A stretch of 63,620 nucleotides of DNA, filler included, from Choristocarpus tenellus KU-1152 (taxonomy: Eukaryota; Protista; Phaeophyceae): the NCBI GenBank assembly GCA_964200185.2. It is 16 parts of 16 records of this genome, joined end to end, with 100 filler letters (N's around TTAATTAATTAA, not from the genome) between each part and the next. Parts side by side here need not be neighbours in the genome. Positions count along the whole stretch, not along the records: positions 1 to 2,618 come from CAXNAD020026221.1; positions 2,719 to 5,493 come from CAXNAD020024862.1; positions 5,594 to 8,466 come from CAXNAD020024035.1; positions 8,567 to 12,116 come from CAXNAD020019317.1; 12 more parts are not named here. The stretch is one strand, 5' to 3'. Shown here piece by piece: positions 1 through 11,660 of the stretch. Within the stretch, counting starts at the first letter, position 1; every line of letters begins with the position of its first letter. Made by a program: the position numbers and the translations under genes. Below the pieces are notes generated by a model. That model was given only the letters and a program-made list of their open reading frames with translations, ran no database searches and had not been told where the DNA came from.

Positions 1-166
1 GGGGGGGGGTGATGGCTGTCCATTCGGGGCCCATTTTTCCATGTTGGGATTTTTGGGTGATTTGGTTGCATGCGTCGGATGGATAATGTAAGTGCAATTC
101 TCCTGGTCAGGGTCCGAATGGACACCCTGGTGTAGACCCCCCCCCCCCCCCCAGATACTTTGAGCC
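1..166. mobile_element. MITE family A, one end cut by window start
   Basis: G-run, GTCCATTCGG, a body shared with 3286-3462 and 29027-29201, C-run, then TIR AGATACTTTGAGCC. Confidence 0.85.
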
Positions 167-2062
167 AAGCTTCAATGAAATAATGGTGCATTGGGGTCCT
201 TACAGTAAAACAGAAAAAAAGAGCAGGTGAACAACTTCTTCTCATTAGCAAAAAATAAATAAAATGGAAAAAATGATACTATTACAACATGTGGCATCAC
301 TCTTGGACCTTCCCAAGTAGCGCACCGAGCAGATCATGACACAAGAGTTTGACAACTAGGTGGAATGAAGACAATGAGAGAGGAAACATTTGCGCACAAA
401 AAGGAATAATAGGGGGTGTTGATCTTTCGATGAATAGTGACTACTCTGTCTACTCTCGACTCTATGTAAGAGGATGTGCTGAGTTTATGAGCTTCAGCGG
501 TTGAGAGAAAAGAACTCCGCTAATCATTGCAGAACGGTAGCCTTTTTGGCGTCTTTCTTGACGCAAGGCACCAGAAAAACGTCAGGCACAACAACAAGAG
601 GATGGAGAAACAATAAGAAAAGGATGACATGGAATGTGATGACAACTCAAAACAAAGAATCAAGGTCATGCAAAACACATTCTTTAAGTCAGAAGCAGCC
701 TGAACGCTCAGCTTCTATGCCCTTGCAAGTCATTCCTCGGAAATGAGCTCAAAAGGAATAATGAGACATCAAATAAAGGGGCAAAGTGTAGAGAGATTGG
801 TCAGACAAATGACAGTCCCCATTCCAATGCATACCAGTAACACCGAACAGATCTCGGAATACCATTTTCAACCTCCAAACTCCACAAGAAATTGTGAAGA
901 TCTGATGTTCTTACAGTAAAATTTGAAAAAAAAAATAACACTAAATTAACATCATTTATGTTGTTAAACCAGGAGAAGAAAAACCCTCCAACTTCCTTTC
1001 TTGAAGAAAATATATTGCGAACAACTTTTACGTTTCTCATCTCCCCACAACTTTGCACCTAGGTAGAGTGCAACCAAGCAATATGTGGGTTACACGATGC
1101 CATGCTTATGACCAGCTTCAAGGAGAATGTGTGTAATCAAGAGGGGTAACAATGTCTCTTTCTTCAATTGCAGTCCAAAATATGCACTTTGCAATACTCA
1201 GTAGGAAACAACTTACTGTTAATATGTGTGTGTCCATAATGCCAGGAAGCAGATTCTCCTCTGCCTAACAGCAACCCAAACATGCTACCACTATTTGCAC
1301 TCAAAATCGTTAAGAGAGACTAATGATTTCATCTCCACTATCACTCTCCACGGCCTCATCCATTCCTGTGACACATCACAGCTTGTCATCTGCACATTAT
1401 ATATATTGTTGTTTCCTCAACTTGAGCTCCTCGGTATGCAGCAAGCTCCCAAAAACATACACAAACAACTTAACACCCCAGCTTTTTGTTATTACTCATA
1501 GCAATGCACAGGTTGACCATTTCTTTTGTTGCGTCCTTCTCAAGGACAAATATGCTTAGGCTTTGCCATGCATGCTCTCTTCATGTCCCCAACAAATGCC
1601 AGAACTATTATATATCCATACCTTACTTTCCTACCACAGGTAGAAATGTCTTTCAAATAATCAAACCTGTACAAAGCACTATCGATATGCTTACCTCACT
1701 TTCATCATAGGGTACTTACTACCCAGCACCAACAGAGAATGTAGTCTGATCACTAGTCCAGGAACCTTCCTAACACTTTTCGATTCATTCTCCCACAAAC
1801 CATATCTTGCCCACAGTGAAGTGCATGGTTGGAATACGAAATGGAAAAAAGAGGGGTCCCCCTCTTGGGTACGAGCACAATAATTGACAACTCATGTACA
1901 TCTCAAGATTGTGCTTCACTATCCCTTTGGAGAGTATCAGTAGACACTAAAATAAACTCACCAAGTAATCAACAAACGACATGGGAAGTCAAACATGGAT
2001 TACTTCATACAAAAGAGTCCCTGCAGTCTATTCCTCTACCAAATATGCCTCACTAACTTGAA

Positions 2063-2065
<3 letters not shown>

Positions 2066-2096
<31 letters not shown>
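2066..2096. repeat. (TA)n microsatellite
   Basis: Pure TA run seen directly. Confidence 0.95.
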
Positions 2097-2098
<2 letters not shown>

Positions 2099-2618
2099 AT
2101 GGAACAGTTGTGAATTGGATCATTCTTGATCTCAAAGAGTGAGACAAATTTACAAATAACTAGAGTTGGGTAGAGCATTCCATCATACTCAAATTATACT
2201 TCTTAGCTGGTCCTTTCCCACTAACCTCAAGTATGGAGTGCCATTACAACATAGTGACTCTCCCCTACCTGTTCCCTAGTCACAACGATCTATATTTTTC
2301 ATCTTTGCCAGAAAAGTACCAACACTAAAAACAATATTGAAAAAAAGAAAAAAAAAAGGTAGGAATATAACAAGCAAGCTGGGATGCACTTCTTCACTTC
2401 TTCTTGACTTGCTCCACATGAGGGAGGAACTTGCCATCGAGGGTTATAACACACCTGTCCTCCCCAAGTGGACCTTTTATCTTTTTATATATCAAGCATT
2501 GGTCGCGCAATCAGAGGAAGAAGGGGGCAAGGGAAGGGGGGGGGGGGGGGGGAAGGAAGAAAATGGTATAAAATCTTGTGCCAAAAAAAGGGTCAAGAAA
2601 AAAAAACAAAACCAAATT

Positions 2619-2718
2619 NNNNNNNNNNNNNNNNNNNNNNNNNNNNNNNNNNNNNNNNNNNNTTAATTAATTAANNNNNNNNNNNNNNNNNNNNNNNNNN
2701 NNNNNNNNNNNNNNNNNN
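2619..2718. other. Artificial contig linker N44-TTAATTAATTAA-N44 (first of 15)
   Basis: The same 100-bp linker, with stops in all six frames, occurs at 2619, 5494, 8467, 12117, 15688, 20789, 30645, 33396, 38508, 41804, 46557, 49436, 53419, 57420 and 60338. ORFs containing X or ending in LIN are artefacts of it. Confidence 0.99.
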
Positions 2719-3285
2719 CTATGCAGGCACCATGCACACTGAGGTATCCTGATGCACAACAGCAACAATCAATTAACCCCCCCCCCGCATCCCTAAACGG
2801 GAAAGAGTTGCACTTACTTACGCTGATAACAGCAATAATCCCACTCAATTTCTCACCAACCAGAGGTGTGAACCAGATACAAGAAGAGTCTGGCTAAGAT
2901 GTATATGCATTCTTCTCACAAAGAGTGCATCTGTACTAATTGCAGTAGTAATAGGAGGAGAATCGTGATCCCCATTCACCCCTCCTTTCATCGCCACAGT
3001 GCACACCCTTGTCGATTAGTTTTTACCAGAGATGCAAAGTTGTTCGCCGCTTGGTTTTGTTTAGTGAGTACCAGTTAAATCCCATCGCCAAGGGTTTGTG
3101 AACATAGCCTAGAGGTACTCACGCTTCTTGGTCAGCACCTCCTTGAGAGCATTCTCAAACTCAGCAATGCCATCCCGTTGCTCCTGAGCCATGGCAGATT
3201 GCTCTTTCTCCTTGTTTCATGGTGGAAGAAATATTCGTGTGATTGAACGATGCAAGGCAAAAATATGATAAAATATGAACATTTG

Positions 3286-3462
3286 GACCCAAAATATCTG
3301 GGGGAGGGGGGGTCTACACTAGGGTGTCCATTTGGACAATAACCAGGAAAATTGCACTTACATTGTCCATCCGACGTATGCAACCAAATCATCCAAAAAT
3401 CGCAACATGAAAAAATTGGCCCCAAAGGAACTGCGACCACCCCCGCCCAGTTACTTTGAGCC
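3286..3462. mobile_element. MITE family A, complete (177 bp), TSD TTG
   Basis: ttg|GACCCAAAATATCT-G run ... C run-AGTTACTTTGAGCC|ttg, with internal GTCCATTTGG and AAATCGCAACAT. Confidence 0.9.
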
Positions 3463-5384
3463 TTGCACACAGGCAAACAGAACCACCTTCAAGGAAGTAC
3501 ACAACTTGCGACTGGGGTAATGGTTGGGATTGACGTTGGGGCTGTACTGAGACTATGACCTTTTGTGTCAACAGGATGTGCTGTCTAATGGATACCTTTT
3601 GGTTGATAATAGGATCTCGGCATCACAAAGGTATACATTCCTAGGCCAGCAGGAGAGATGATGGACCCAGGAGGTAACTTTAGCAAGCGAGCAAGTAGTG
3701 TCATGGCAGCTGCAATGAGCGAACTTGAAGGGGAAAACGGATGTGACAAAGGCCTACATACACTAGAAAATTCTGTTGAATTCCGTGAATAGAACATCCA
3801 TCTCGTTGGGTCTGAATGATGACATGATTTTGTTGTCACAACTAGTGTAGAGCAACACTCCAAGGAACTCAAACTACAAATTTCAAAAGATATAGAGACA
3901 TCTACATCTAACAGTTCCTAATTTATGTGGCTCGTAGGCACATGGGGCAAAAATACACAACATCGTACCTACATTATTTACAAAGGTTGGTCTGATTTAT
4001 CGTAGAGTTGACAAAGGAAATAGCAATATTGCTGTGCTTTCATCTCTCTGGGCACTCTGCTGTTTAGGAAGGGCTAATATTGATCACAATATGGTTAATC
4101 AGAGCATAATATTGTCCACATCAAGGGTTTAATTTAGAGTGGGTGGTACTATATAATTGAGAGTCAAACCAATTGTGAGGTAGGCAGGTTGGGACCTTTG
4201 GCATTCTAAGCCATCAATCTTACCGTCTGCAAAGCACTCTAGTTCATTGCATCGTGTCTACAATAGTGTGTGCAAAATTGATGTTCCCCCTTACGCACAC
4301 AAAGTGACACCACAATCCAGCAAAGGATCTTTCTCAAATGTGCAAAACGGCGATTTTTTGCCCTTTCTTGGGGTCCTTAAAATGTAACCCTCCCTTCCTT
4401 TTAATTGGATTGAATCATGTATATAACACCACCACGCCTGACTGTTCAAAGGAAGTGCTACCTATTGTCAAAGCGTGCCTTGTGTTCATGGTCAGGAAGC
4501 CTTGGGTGTGATGGCAAGTGTGAGTCATTGAGGATACAAGCGGCTCACCCGTTCCAGTGAACTTGCATAGATCATGGCTGCCTGCTGTCGGTTGCACCGT
4601 TTCAGTCCAAGGCTAGCAGAGTAAGCAGAACGTCGTTGGAGGGTGTCATACAAATATGGGCGAAGGCGATCCGTCGTACGAACAAGACCCAGGCGGGACA
4701 TGGGACGCCCCAGATGATCAGACGATGATGTCAATGGACGAAGAGATACGAAGTCACTCTGTTGGCTCAACAAAGGCCGCACCTGAGGTGTGAGAACCAG
4801 ATGTTCATATTTTATGTCTCAGTCACGAGAACGAACCTTTTTTGGCTCTGAAGGCAACTGACCATGACCCTGACTATTTTTCTGCTGCCGATTCATGACC
4901 GATTCATGACCTCTATGATGACAAAAAGAAAATAGTAGGTTAGGACAACATGGTACAAAGGATGTTTTGGCCAAAAGTTTAGTAGTAGAATGTTCTATTG
5001 AATGACTGGGTCGCATGTGCTGTGCAAGCTATTGTATGACATAGAAGATGTTGGTGTTGGTATTATTGGCATTGCTCTTCTGCCAATGATTTTCAAAGCG
5101 CCTTGCAGGCAGGCACACACACTCATGCGGACCAGTAGACACACATATCTCAGACAACTACTCACGGATTTTGGAAAACATTCTATTTCTTTGGTGGATT
5201 CCTGACAACCGTTGCTATCCTCCTTCATGCCATGACAAGCTGCGCATCCAATGTGCCCTACTGTTGAGTGGTGGAAGCTGCTCCAAACATTTCGTGGTGC
5301 CTGAGCATACCAAGCCGTTTCATGAGGTGAGAGCCCTGGCAGAGGTGTCGATTCACAACGTCAATGAACCAAGTGTCACATGGT

Positions 5385-5493
5385 GACCCAAAATATCTGG
5401 GGGGGGGGGGGGGGGGGGGGCAACAACAGGGATTCTTTTTGATATAAAAGAAGGAAAAAAAACTTAAATTTATTCAGGCCAGAATACAAAACA
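5385..5493. mobile_element. MITE terminus (A-type TIR plus long G-run, divergent body)
   Basis: GACCCAAAATATCT followed by about 23 G, then the contig ends. Confidence 0.55.
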
Positions 5494-5803
5494 NNNNNNN
5501 NNNNNNNNNNNNNNNNNNNNNNNNNNNNNNNNNNNNNTTAATTAATTAANNNNNNNNNNNNNNNNNNNNNNNNNNNNNNNNNNNNNNNNNNNNCCTGTCG
5601 CTTGCTCACGAACGACGGAAACGCTGGGAAAAGGGGGGGGGAGGGGACGTCAAGTTACGGCGGGGTAGATGTCTTCTAGCTCAAAGGCACGGTTTGAAGT
5701 GGATCATGAAGGGGTGTTCTTGGATGATTGTGGAGTGGTGTTGAGTGGTGTGAGAACTGCTATGGGGTTGAGGGGAGTGGTAACTTGTGTGGGTTGAAAG
5801 GAT

Positions 5804-5957
5804 GGCTGGCAAGCAGTGACGAAGGGCATTCGCAATCTTTGGTCATCAAAAGTGGGGGATGGCTGGCAATCAGTGACGAAGGGCATTTGCACTGGTTGGT
5901 CATCAAATATGGGATGACTGGCAATCATTGACGAAGGGCAGTCGCAATGGTTGGCCA
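5804..5957. repeat. ~55-57-bp tandem repeat x3 in the 3' region of the gypsy derivative
   Basis: Unit GGCTGGCAA(G/T)CAGTGACGAAGGGCATT.GCA... occurs three times with substitutions. Confidence 0.85.
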
Positions 5958-5959
5958 GT

Positions 5960-7103
5960 GACTGAGTATTGATACCCTATTCTCTAGTTCTGGCATGCCC
6001 AACTGATCCTCATCTTTTGTCTTTCGGGCATACAGTTGTTACCTGTTGGGACTTCCTTAGGAGAAGCGACTCATTCGCTCCTATTTAATTCCTCACAATC
6101 GCCATCCTTAAACCGTACCCGCCAGTAGGGTGACTTGAAGTCCAAAACTGTACCTGTTTACCACCTGTCTCTTCCTCTCTCGTCTTTTCACAACTTCTTG
6201 GCATTGGTAACTGTAAGGAAAAGGTGCAATGCATCCTCCCTTGGTTGGGTGAGAACTTTAGTTGGGTGCGGCCTTGTGTTAGGATTGTAAAGGACTCAGA
6301 AGGTATAAAAAACATTCAACTGTAGTGAGGTGAAGCTGTCCATTGCTTCTGTTTTTGTTGTTGTCCAGTCCGACAACTATCCACATTGGAACTTTACTTT
6401 GTCGTACAACACCATTCACTATGGGATGACAAGGGGTACACTGCTACTGCGTGATCTGGGTGTTAGAACTCTGACAAAAGGTACCCACGGTGATTGAGGG
6501 GATGGTCGGAAGCCCTCCCCTTTTCTAAATAAGAGTATGCTCCGGTGTTGTCAACAAAATTCTGCTCCTAAAATCATTTCGTAAGGCAGCCCCACTGTTA
6601 AGGAAATTGATGTTCCCAAGATTTGTGTATGTTAATGACTCGATTAATTTCTTCTTGTGTAGAACAGGTGGCTTACACTGTTTTGGGTACCATGGGAGAA
6701 GCGCGGGGTATATTTGCTAGCACTTCACAACCTTTAGCCATCTCAGCCGAAACCTCGATCGTCAGGCAGGAATTGAGACTACATTGCCAGAGCACGACTG
6801 GTACAGGCACCCCTCGATGCTCACTTCCACAGGATGTATAGCTCCAATCCACGGTCTTATAGATGATACTGATGTAGGTATAGGACTCCTGATGCACAAG
6901 TCGTCAAGTATGCTGGATCTCTCACTAGGATTATCGTAAATAATATGGTACAAAAAGGGACTGATCAACAATGTCGATCACAATCGGGGACCATATTGAC
7001 CAAATATTAAATAAATAATCAAGAAGTACAAATATATCAAATCTCGAACTTCAATGTCAAAATGGTGTTACAAAACCGCCATCAAGACATATCGCCTGTG
7101 ACA
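5960..7103 (-). mobile_element. Internally deleted Ty3/gypsy derivative, copy 1: LTR-B (7103-6799), protease C-terminus joined to chromo/Tudor-like tail, 3' UTR
   Basis: Minus strand reads VGLPYEMILGAEFC*QHRSILLFRKGEGFRPSPQSPWVPF, homologous to the 15966 ORF. It then passes directly to EAMDSFTSLQLNVF...REDALHLF...GTVLDFKSPYWRVRFKDGDCEEL, homologous to the 20357 and 44021 ORFs. The LTR starts TGTCACAGGCGA after PPT-like TAGGGGGGCA and shares CATCTATA.G.C.GTGGATTGGA..TATACATCC with other LTR-B copies. Confidence 0.8.
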
Positions 7104-7434
7104 TGCCCCCCTAGATTGAAGCATAACTGCTTAAATGCGATAAACGGGCGATTGGACAAGGAGATATAATGTCGCTCCTCATCCTATCATGAATGCAGCA
7201 GAAATGAAATGAATGTTACTTCCAGGTCCTAACATATCAGTAGGCAGCGTTGGGGATCCAGCGGAGGAGGAAACCTGGAGGGAAAGCCCCCTTCCAACGT
7301 TTGCCCTGACGACAGATATGTCAGCGCAACACTCGTACCTCACGGCACTCACTCTGCATTTGACTCAACGTTCAAAATAAAAACTTTTATTCCATAGTCT
7401 CTCACACACGTCAAAAGTAGGTTACTGTCTAAAA

Positions 7435-8300
7435 AGACTCCACCCCATCCAAGATAAACAAAAGACAAATACAGACACAAAACCATAGTAGCACTAAACA
7501 TGGGTATTGCCATGGACTCTGCCCTTTCAGAACTAGAACACAGAAGTGACAGGACACTAAGACCATGACTCATAGTTACCAAAGAGATTGGGTGCTGTCA
7601 TGGAAAGGCTTACCCTTGCTAGAAGCTATGAATATATACCAAAAACATTCAAACATCTTACAATAAAAAATAACAATAGAGAGCATTTCAGCAAGTCTCT
7701 CCCTCTTCACAATTATCAGCAAAAATAAATACAGGCAAAAAAATACAATAGCACTGAAATAGGGTACTGCTTAGATTGTCCCCCTTCACAGCTATAAACA
7801 CAAATTACTGGACACCAAGATGAGAACAAAAACAAGGTCCTGCCATATAGAGGCTTGCTCAACCCATAAACAAAGAGTATACAAACAAAAGACTAAGAAA
7901 AATAGGAAGTGTCATAGTAAGACTCTCCCCCCTCACAAATATCAACACAGATGAATATGAATGCAAAATTACTATAGCAATTAAATAGGGTGTTGTCATA
8001 GACTCTCCCCCTTCAGAACTAAAGACAAACAACTATAGGACACCAACACAATTGCCTCACAGTCGCACATAGAGGTAGGGTACTGCCATGGAAAGGCTTA
8101 CCTTCTCTAGGAACTATGAACATACAAACAAACAAGACAAGCATCTTACAATATCATCAAAATAGGGTGTGTCATAGCAAGATTCTCCTGCTTCAGAACT
8201 ATCAACACAACCAAGTACAAGACACAAGAATCATCTTTCGAGAAACACAGACAAAATGTCTAGCAATAACATAAAAATCTATAAACCATAGCAAGACTTT
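7435..8300. repeat. Degenerate higher-order tandem repeat (~70-95-bp monomers, ~245-bp trimer period)
   Basis: Monomer heads GACTCTCCCCCTTCA-like at ~7435, 7515, 7695, 7774, 7921, 8001 and 8181. GGCTT-type heads at ~7607, 7851 and 8095. Most monomers are preceded by TAGGGTRYTGYCAT. Confidence 0.8.
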
Positions 8301-8338
8301 TCACACTGGTTAGAGTGCGAAAAGGCAGAAATGCTATT

Positions 8339-8466
8339 TGTTAAAACATGCTACTCATTTGTTTCTTGTTGATATGATACACATACTACCAGCTTTTACT
8401 GACTGTTGATTGGTGCACTGCAATGGTTGTTAGTGTTCATTTATTTATTGCGCATTCCAACTCATC
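8339..8466 (+). mobile_element. LTR family A, 5' part cut by contig end
   Basis: TGTTAAAACATGCTACTCATTTGTTTCTTGTTGATATGATACACATACTACCAGC is near-identical to the sequence starting at 20536. Confidence 0.8.
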
Positions 8467-8695
8467 NNNNNNNNNNNNNNNNNNNNNNNNNNNNNNNNNN
8501 NNNNNNNNNNTTAATTAATTAANNNNNNNNNNNNNNNNNNNNNNNNNNNNNNNNNNNNNNNNNNNNTTTGGTGCTAGGAAGAGTGAGCCACCCGCAGCGC
8601 CTCTTTATTTGCTCTCCCCCCCCCCCCCCCCCCAATCAAACCCCTTTTTCACGTACTTTGGTTTTCTTTTCTTTTCTTTTCTTGTTTTTACCCAC

Positions 8696-9590
8696 CTTGC
8701 CATGTTTGGTCATGTCAGTCTCAATGTCATCTGGAGCAATGTCTAATCCGGTTTTCCATGCTGCCTTGCTCTTGCTTCGGGGCCGCTCCACACACTCCAT
8801 TGCCTTGTGGCCCATTGCACCACAGTTCTTGCAGGCCCCCTGCATGTGGGTATGAGGTAATATGTATTCAGCTGGAAAGTGTTGGTTTGAACAAGAGGGA
8901 GTCAGTTTTTGTGAGTGTGTGAGAGAGAGAGTTATATATATTTATAAAGCATTACAGGTTACTGTCTTGCACACCCACAAGAGCTATGAGTTATTAATGC
9001 ATGAAATATACTACATATTACACATTGTCTATGGTACTTCCAAAGGTATCCCTTGGTCTACCCCTCCGTGTCTTAAGGTTGGTGAACCACAATGTTCAAT
9101 TATGGCATGAAAAAAAGCAGTAGCTATCATAATTCCACAATGCACCACTATATTATAAAAAAAAACAATTGAAGGTTAATCAATTCCTCAATTTCAGGCA
9201 GTAGGTGTCTTTTGAGGATTTTACGAACCACATTCACTTTCGTGCAAACACACACACACACATGCATACACATACAACCATACAACGATGATAGTACAGG
9301 TATCCAACGCGAAGTCGCACCTTCCTAAAACCAGAGGCCACATGTTTCTTAGCGACCCATCGCTGCTGCACCAATTCGTCAGCCTTCTTCATACTCAGCA
9401 GCTGGTCCACCTTCTGCTTGCTATGATGGACCAGCGATGGCCCGGACTCACCCAGGTACCATGGACGCTTGGTGATGAACTCGGGGTTATGGGGATTGAT
9501 CATTTTACCCGTTTCCGTGTCAGTTTCAGGGGCAATCTGCCCGGCCTCACGGGCCTGTTGAAGCTGCTTCTGCTGCCTGTTGGAAGCCAT
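8696..9590 (-). CDS. SLU7: Pre-mRNA splicing factor SLU7, first two exons (9590-9321, 8839-8696); remainder beyond contig end
   Basis: MASNRQQKQLQQAREAGQIAPETDTETGKMINPHNPEFITKRPWYLG...GFRK|GACKNCGAMGHKAMECVERPR...IAPDD. It has the SLU7 INPH.P.FI...PWY motif and the CX2CX4HX4C zinc knuckle, with a phase-0 GT-AG intron. Confidence 0.95.
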
Positions 9591-10449
9591 AGCTGCCAAC
9601 GGGTGGTGGAGTTGGGGTAGATGGGTAGCGAAGAGTGACCCTTCCAACCTTAATGTATTCCGTGCAGGAGGGAGAAGGAGAAAGAGTTGAGAGAAGAACT
9701 CCAAAAGCAAGACAGGTCAGAACGAGATTGCGTCCTCGACAATCGATGTTCTCTACGTACACTACCGTTGGGTGTCTGGTGATATTTTGTCACTGCAATA
9801 GGGACTGTGTCCCGGACAAAGACAAGCCAAGCTCACCCGAGAGGGATATCAAACAGTTACTCTCGTAAATAATCAGGTTGGGGGCGTTGTGATACACTAA
9901 CAAAGAGGTGCAACATAGAGCAAAGGGGTAGCGATGGGGAAGTCGTTCATTGAGGGAGGAAGGAAAAGACGATAATATTGTCCCTCGCAAAACCCATCTC
10001 AGTAGAGCCAATCATCACTGCGATCATGGGGGGGGGTAGAACACAGAGGGAACAATTGAAACAAGCGCAAGGAGACAACGAGACATTTGTTGCGGAAAAG
10101 TAGTACTTTCGAAGTCACACCCTGGCATTCTCAACCCAGTCACTTACAATCTCTTTAGGCTCCTACTGTGCCAAACACGACTGCTGAAAATCAGACTCCG
10201 GAACCGGTCTACCGGGAAAACAAGCTGTGGATACACACAGATCAGACAGATCTGCTTGACCCTTGTTCTCCTCGTTGAATCCTCATCAAATTAAGGGAGT
10301 AGGACGAGGAAATTATATTATTTGTATCAAGTTGTTTGGGTCACTCACGCATCAAGAAGAGTGGAACTCCCAGGCTGATATTAATAATCATATACTTCCA
10401 ACTCCAATATTCGTACAAGTTCATCAATCGCTTTAGCGAAAAATGTTAA

Positions 10450-10475
10450 ACACACACACACACACACACACACAC
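10450..10475. repeat. (CA)n microsatellite
   Basis: Seen directly. Confidence 0.9.
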
Positions 10476-10999
10476 GGGCAAATAAGAGGTGATGTATTCT
10501 GGATGTACACATGCATTATCCACCTACTTGATTAATAAACATGGTCGTGGATCCATCACATCCTTCTGACAGGAAATCCATTATATCAAATCAGCAAACA
10601 AGTAGTACATGCAACATGTGTATAAGACGAGTAGAACTTCTTCGATCAACAAACTTATAGCGAGACTGCCAGTAGAAGTCCACACCATGTGGTTGTGATC
10701 TGAGGGCGCTTGAAATGTTGTGTTGACAGCTCAAGGTCATGCTGGGGTCAAGGAGGATGGGATAGATGCCAAGGCAAAGAAAGAACCAATGACGACCTTC
10801 TTGGGGTTGGAACGTTTCAGAGGACGGCAATGAAAGGGAAGTGACCGCTCTATAATCTACTGCATTGGATGGGAATACCAAATAGTACACGCTTTTCTTT
10901 CGACTAGGGCGGATATTGAAGCATCGACCGAGTTTGTTACCCCCCTTCATCTTCTCGGAAGGGACAGCCACGAAGAGGTGGCGTGGGAGCGACTGGCAG

Positions 11000-11480
11000 G
11001 CGGGGCAGATTATTGGACGTCTATGTGCATCGTATGTACGTCTATGTGCATCGTATGGTTACTATGATCCTGTTGAGATTGTTGTAGGATATAGACACGT
11101 GGGGGTGGCACGAGAGCTCTGAAAGCTTGGGACAGATCCTGACCAGCCTATGACAAGTATTGGGGGTAGGGCTGTACATGTTGCAGCCCGGCTTGGATAC
11201 AAATGCCTCGCGTGAGAGCTGCGACGAGCAGGAGCAGATAGTGGGGTGAGGAAAGAAACTAGTTGCTTCTCTCACCATATATAACGGAGAATTTAAAGGT
11301 GTTGCACTAAATTCTGGGACCCAGGGCACACCATGGACTACAAGAAACAATGGTGTAGGACAACTTGGCAGTCAAAACATTTTTGACTTTGTCTAGGTGG
11401 TGCTGGAGCTGCTGAAAGCACAAGTACATCATGGGATAGACATAAGTAATGATGCCACAGACATTCATCACTGCGCTCTG
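11000..11480 (+). pseudogene. Degenerate ankyrin-repeat coding fragment
   Basis: Reading through the stops in the 10916 ORF frame gives HVGVAREL*KLGTDPDQPMTSIGGRAVHVAARLGYKCLA*ELRRAGAD, which fits the ankyrin consensus G.T.LH.AA..G....V..LL..GAD. A 21-bp tandem duplication lies at ~11017-11058. Confidence 0.55.
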
Positions 11481-11542
11481 GACAGAAATGTGGATGAAAC
11501 CTGATATTTCTTAGGAGTTAGGTACTAATCACAGAGGGCATC

Positions 11543-11660
11543 TGTTACAGGCGAATAGCGCGAGCATTTCTTCTCATGTTTCAGCAAAGACGAATATTTG
11601 TGACAGACGTATAGTGCGAGGATTGTTTCTCGCGTTCTAACAAGTGCGAACAATATACGA
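11543..11660 (+). mobile_element. LTR family B 5' fragment
   Basis: TGTTACAGGCGAATAGCGCGAGCATTTCTTCTC matches the LTR starts at 42890 and 58703. Confidence 0.6.

Noticed and set aside
780-1850. Exon-like segments on the minus strand of contig 1
   Set aside because: Splice-like signals exist, but I could not build a consistent open multi-exon model.
2663-2674. Recurrent TTAATTAATTAA palindrome between N-runs as a biological repeat or CRISPR-like array
   Set aside because: It is a fixed 100-bp assembly linker with stops in all six frames.
7435-8300. CRISPR-like array
   Set aside because: Repeats are highly diverged and the intervening parts are homologous to each other rather than unique spacers. 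The context is eukaryotic and no cas genes are present.
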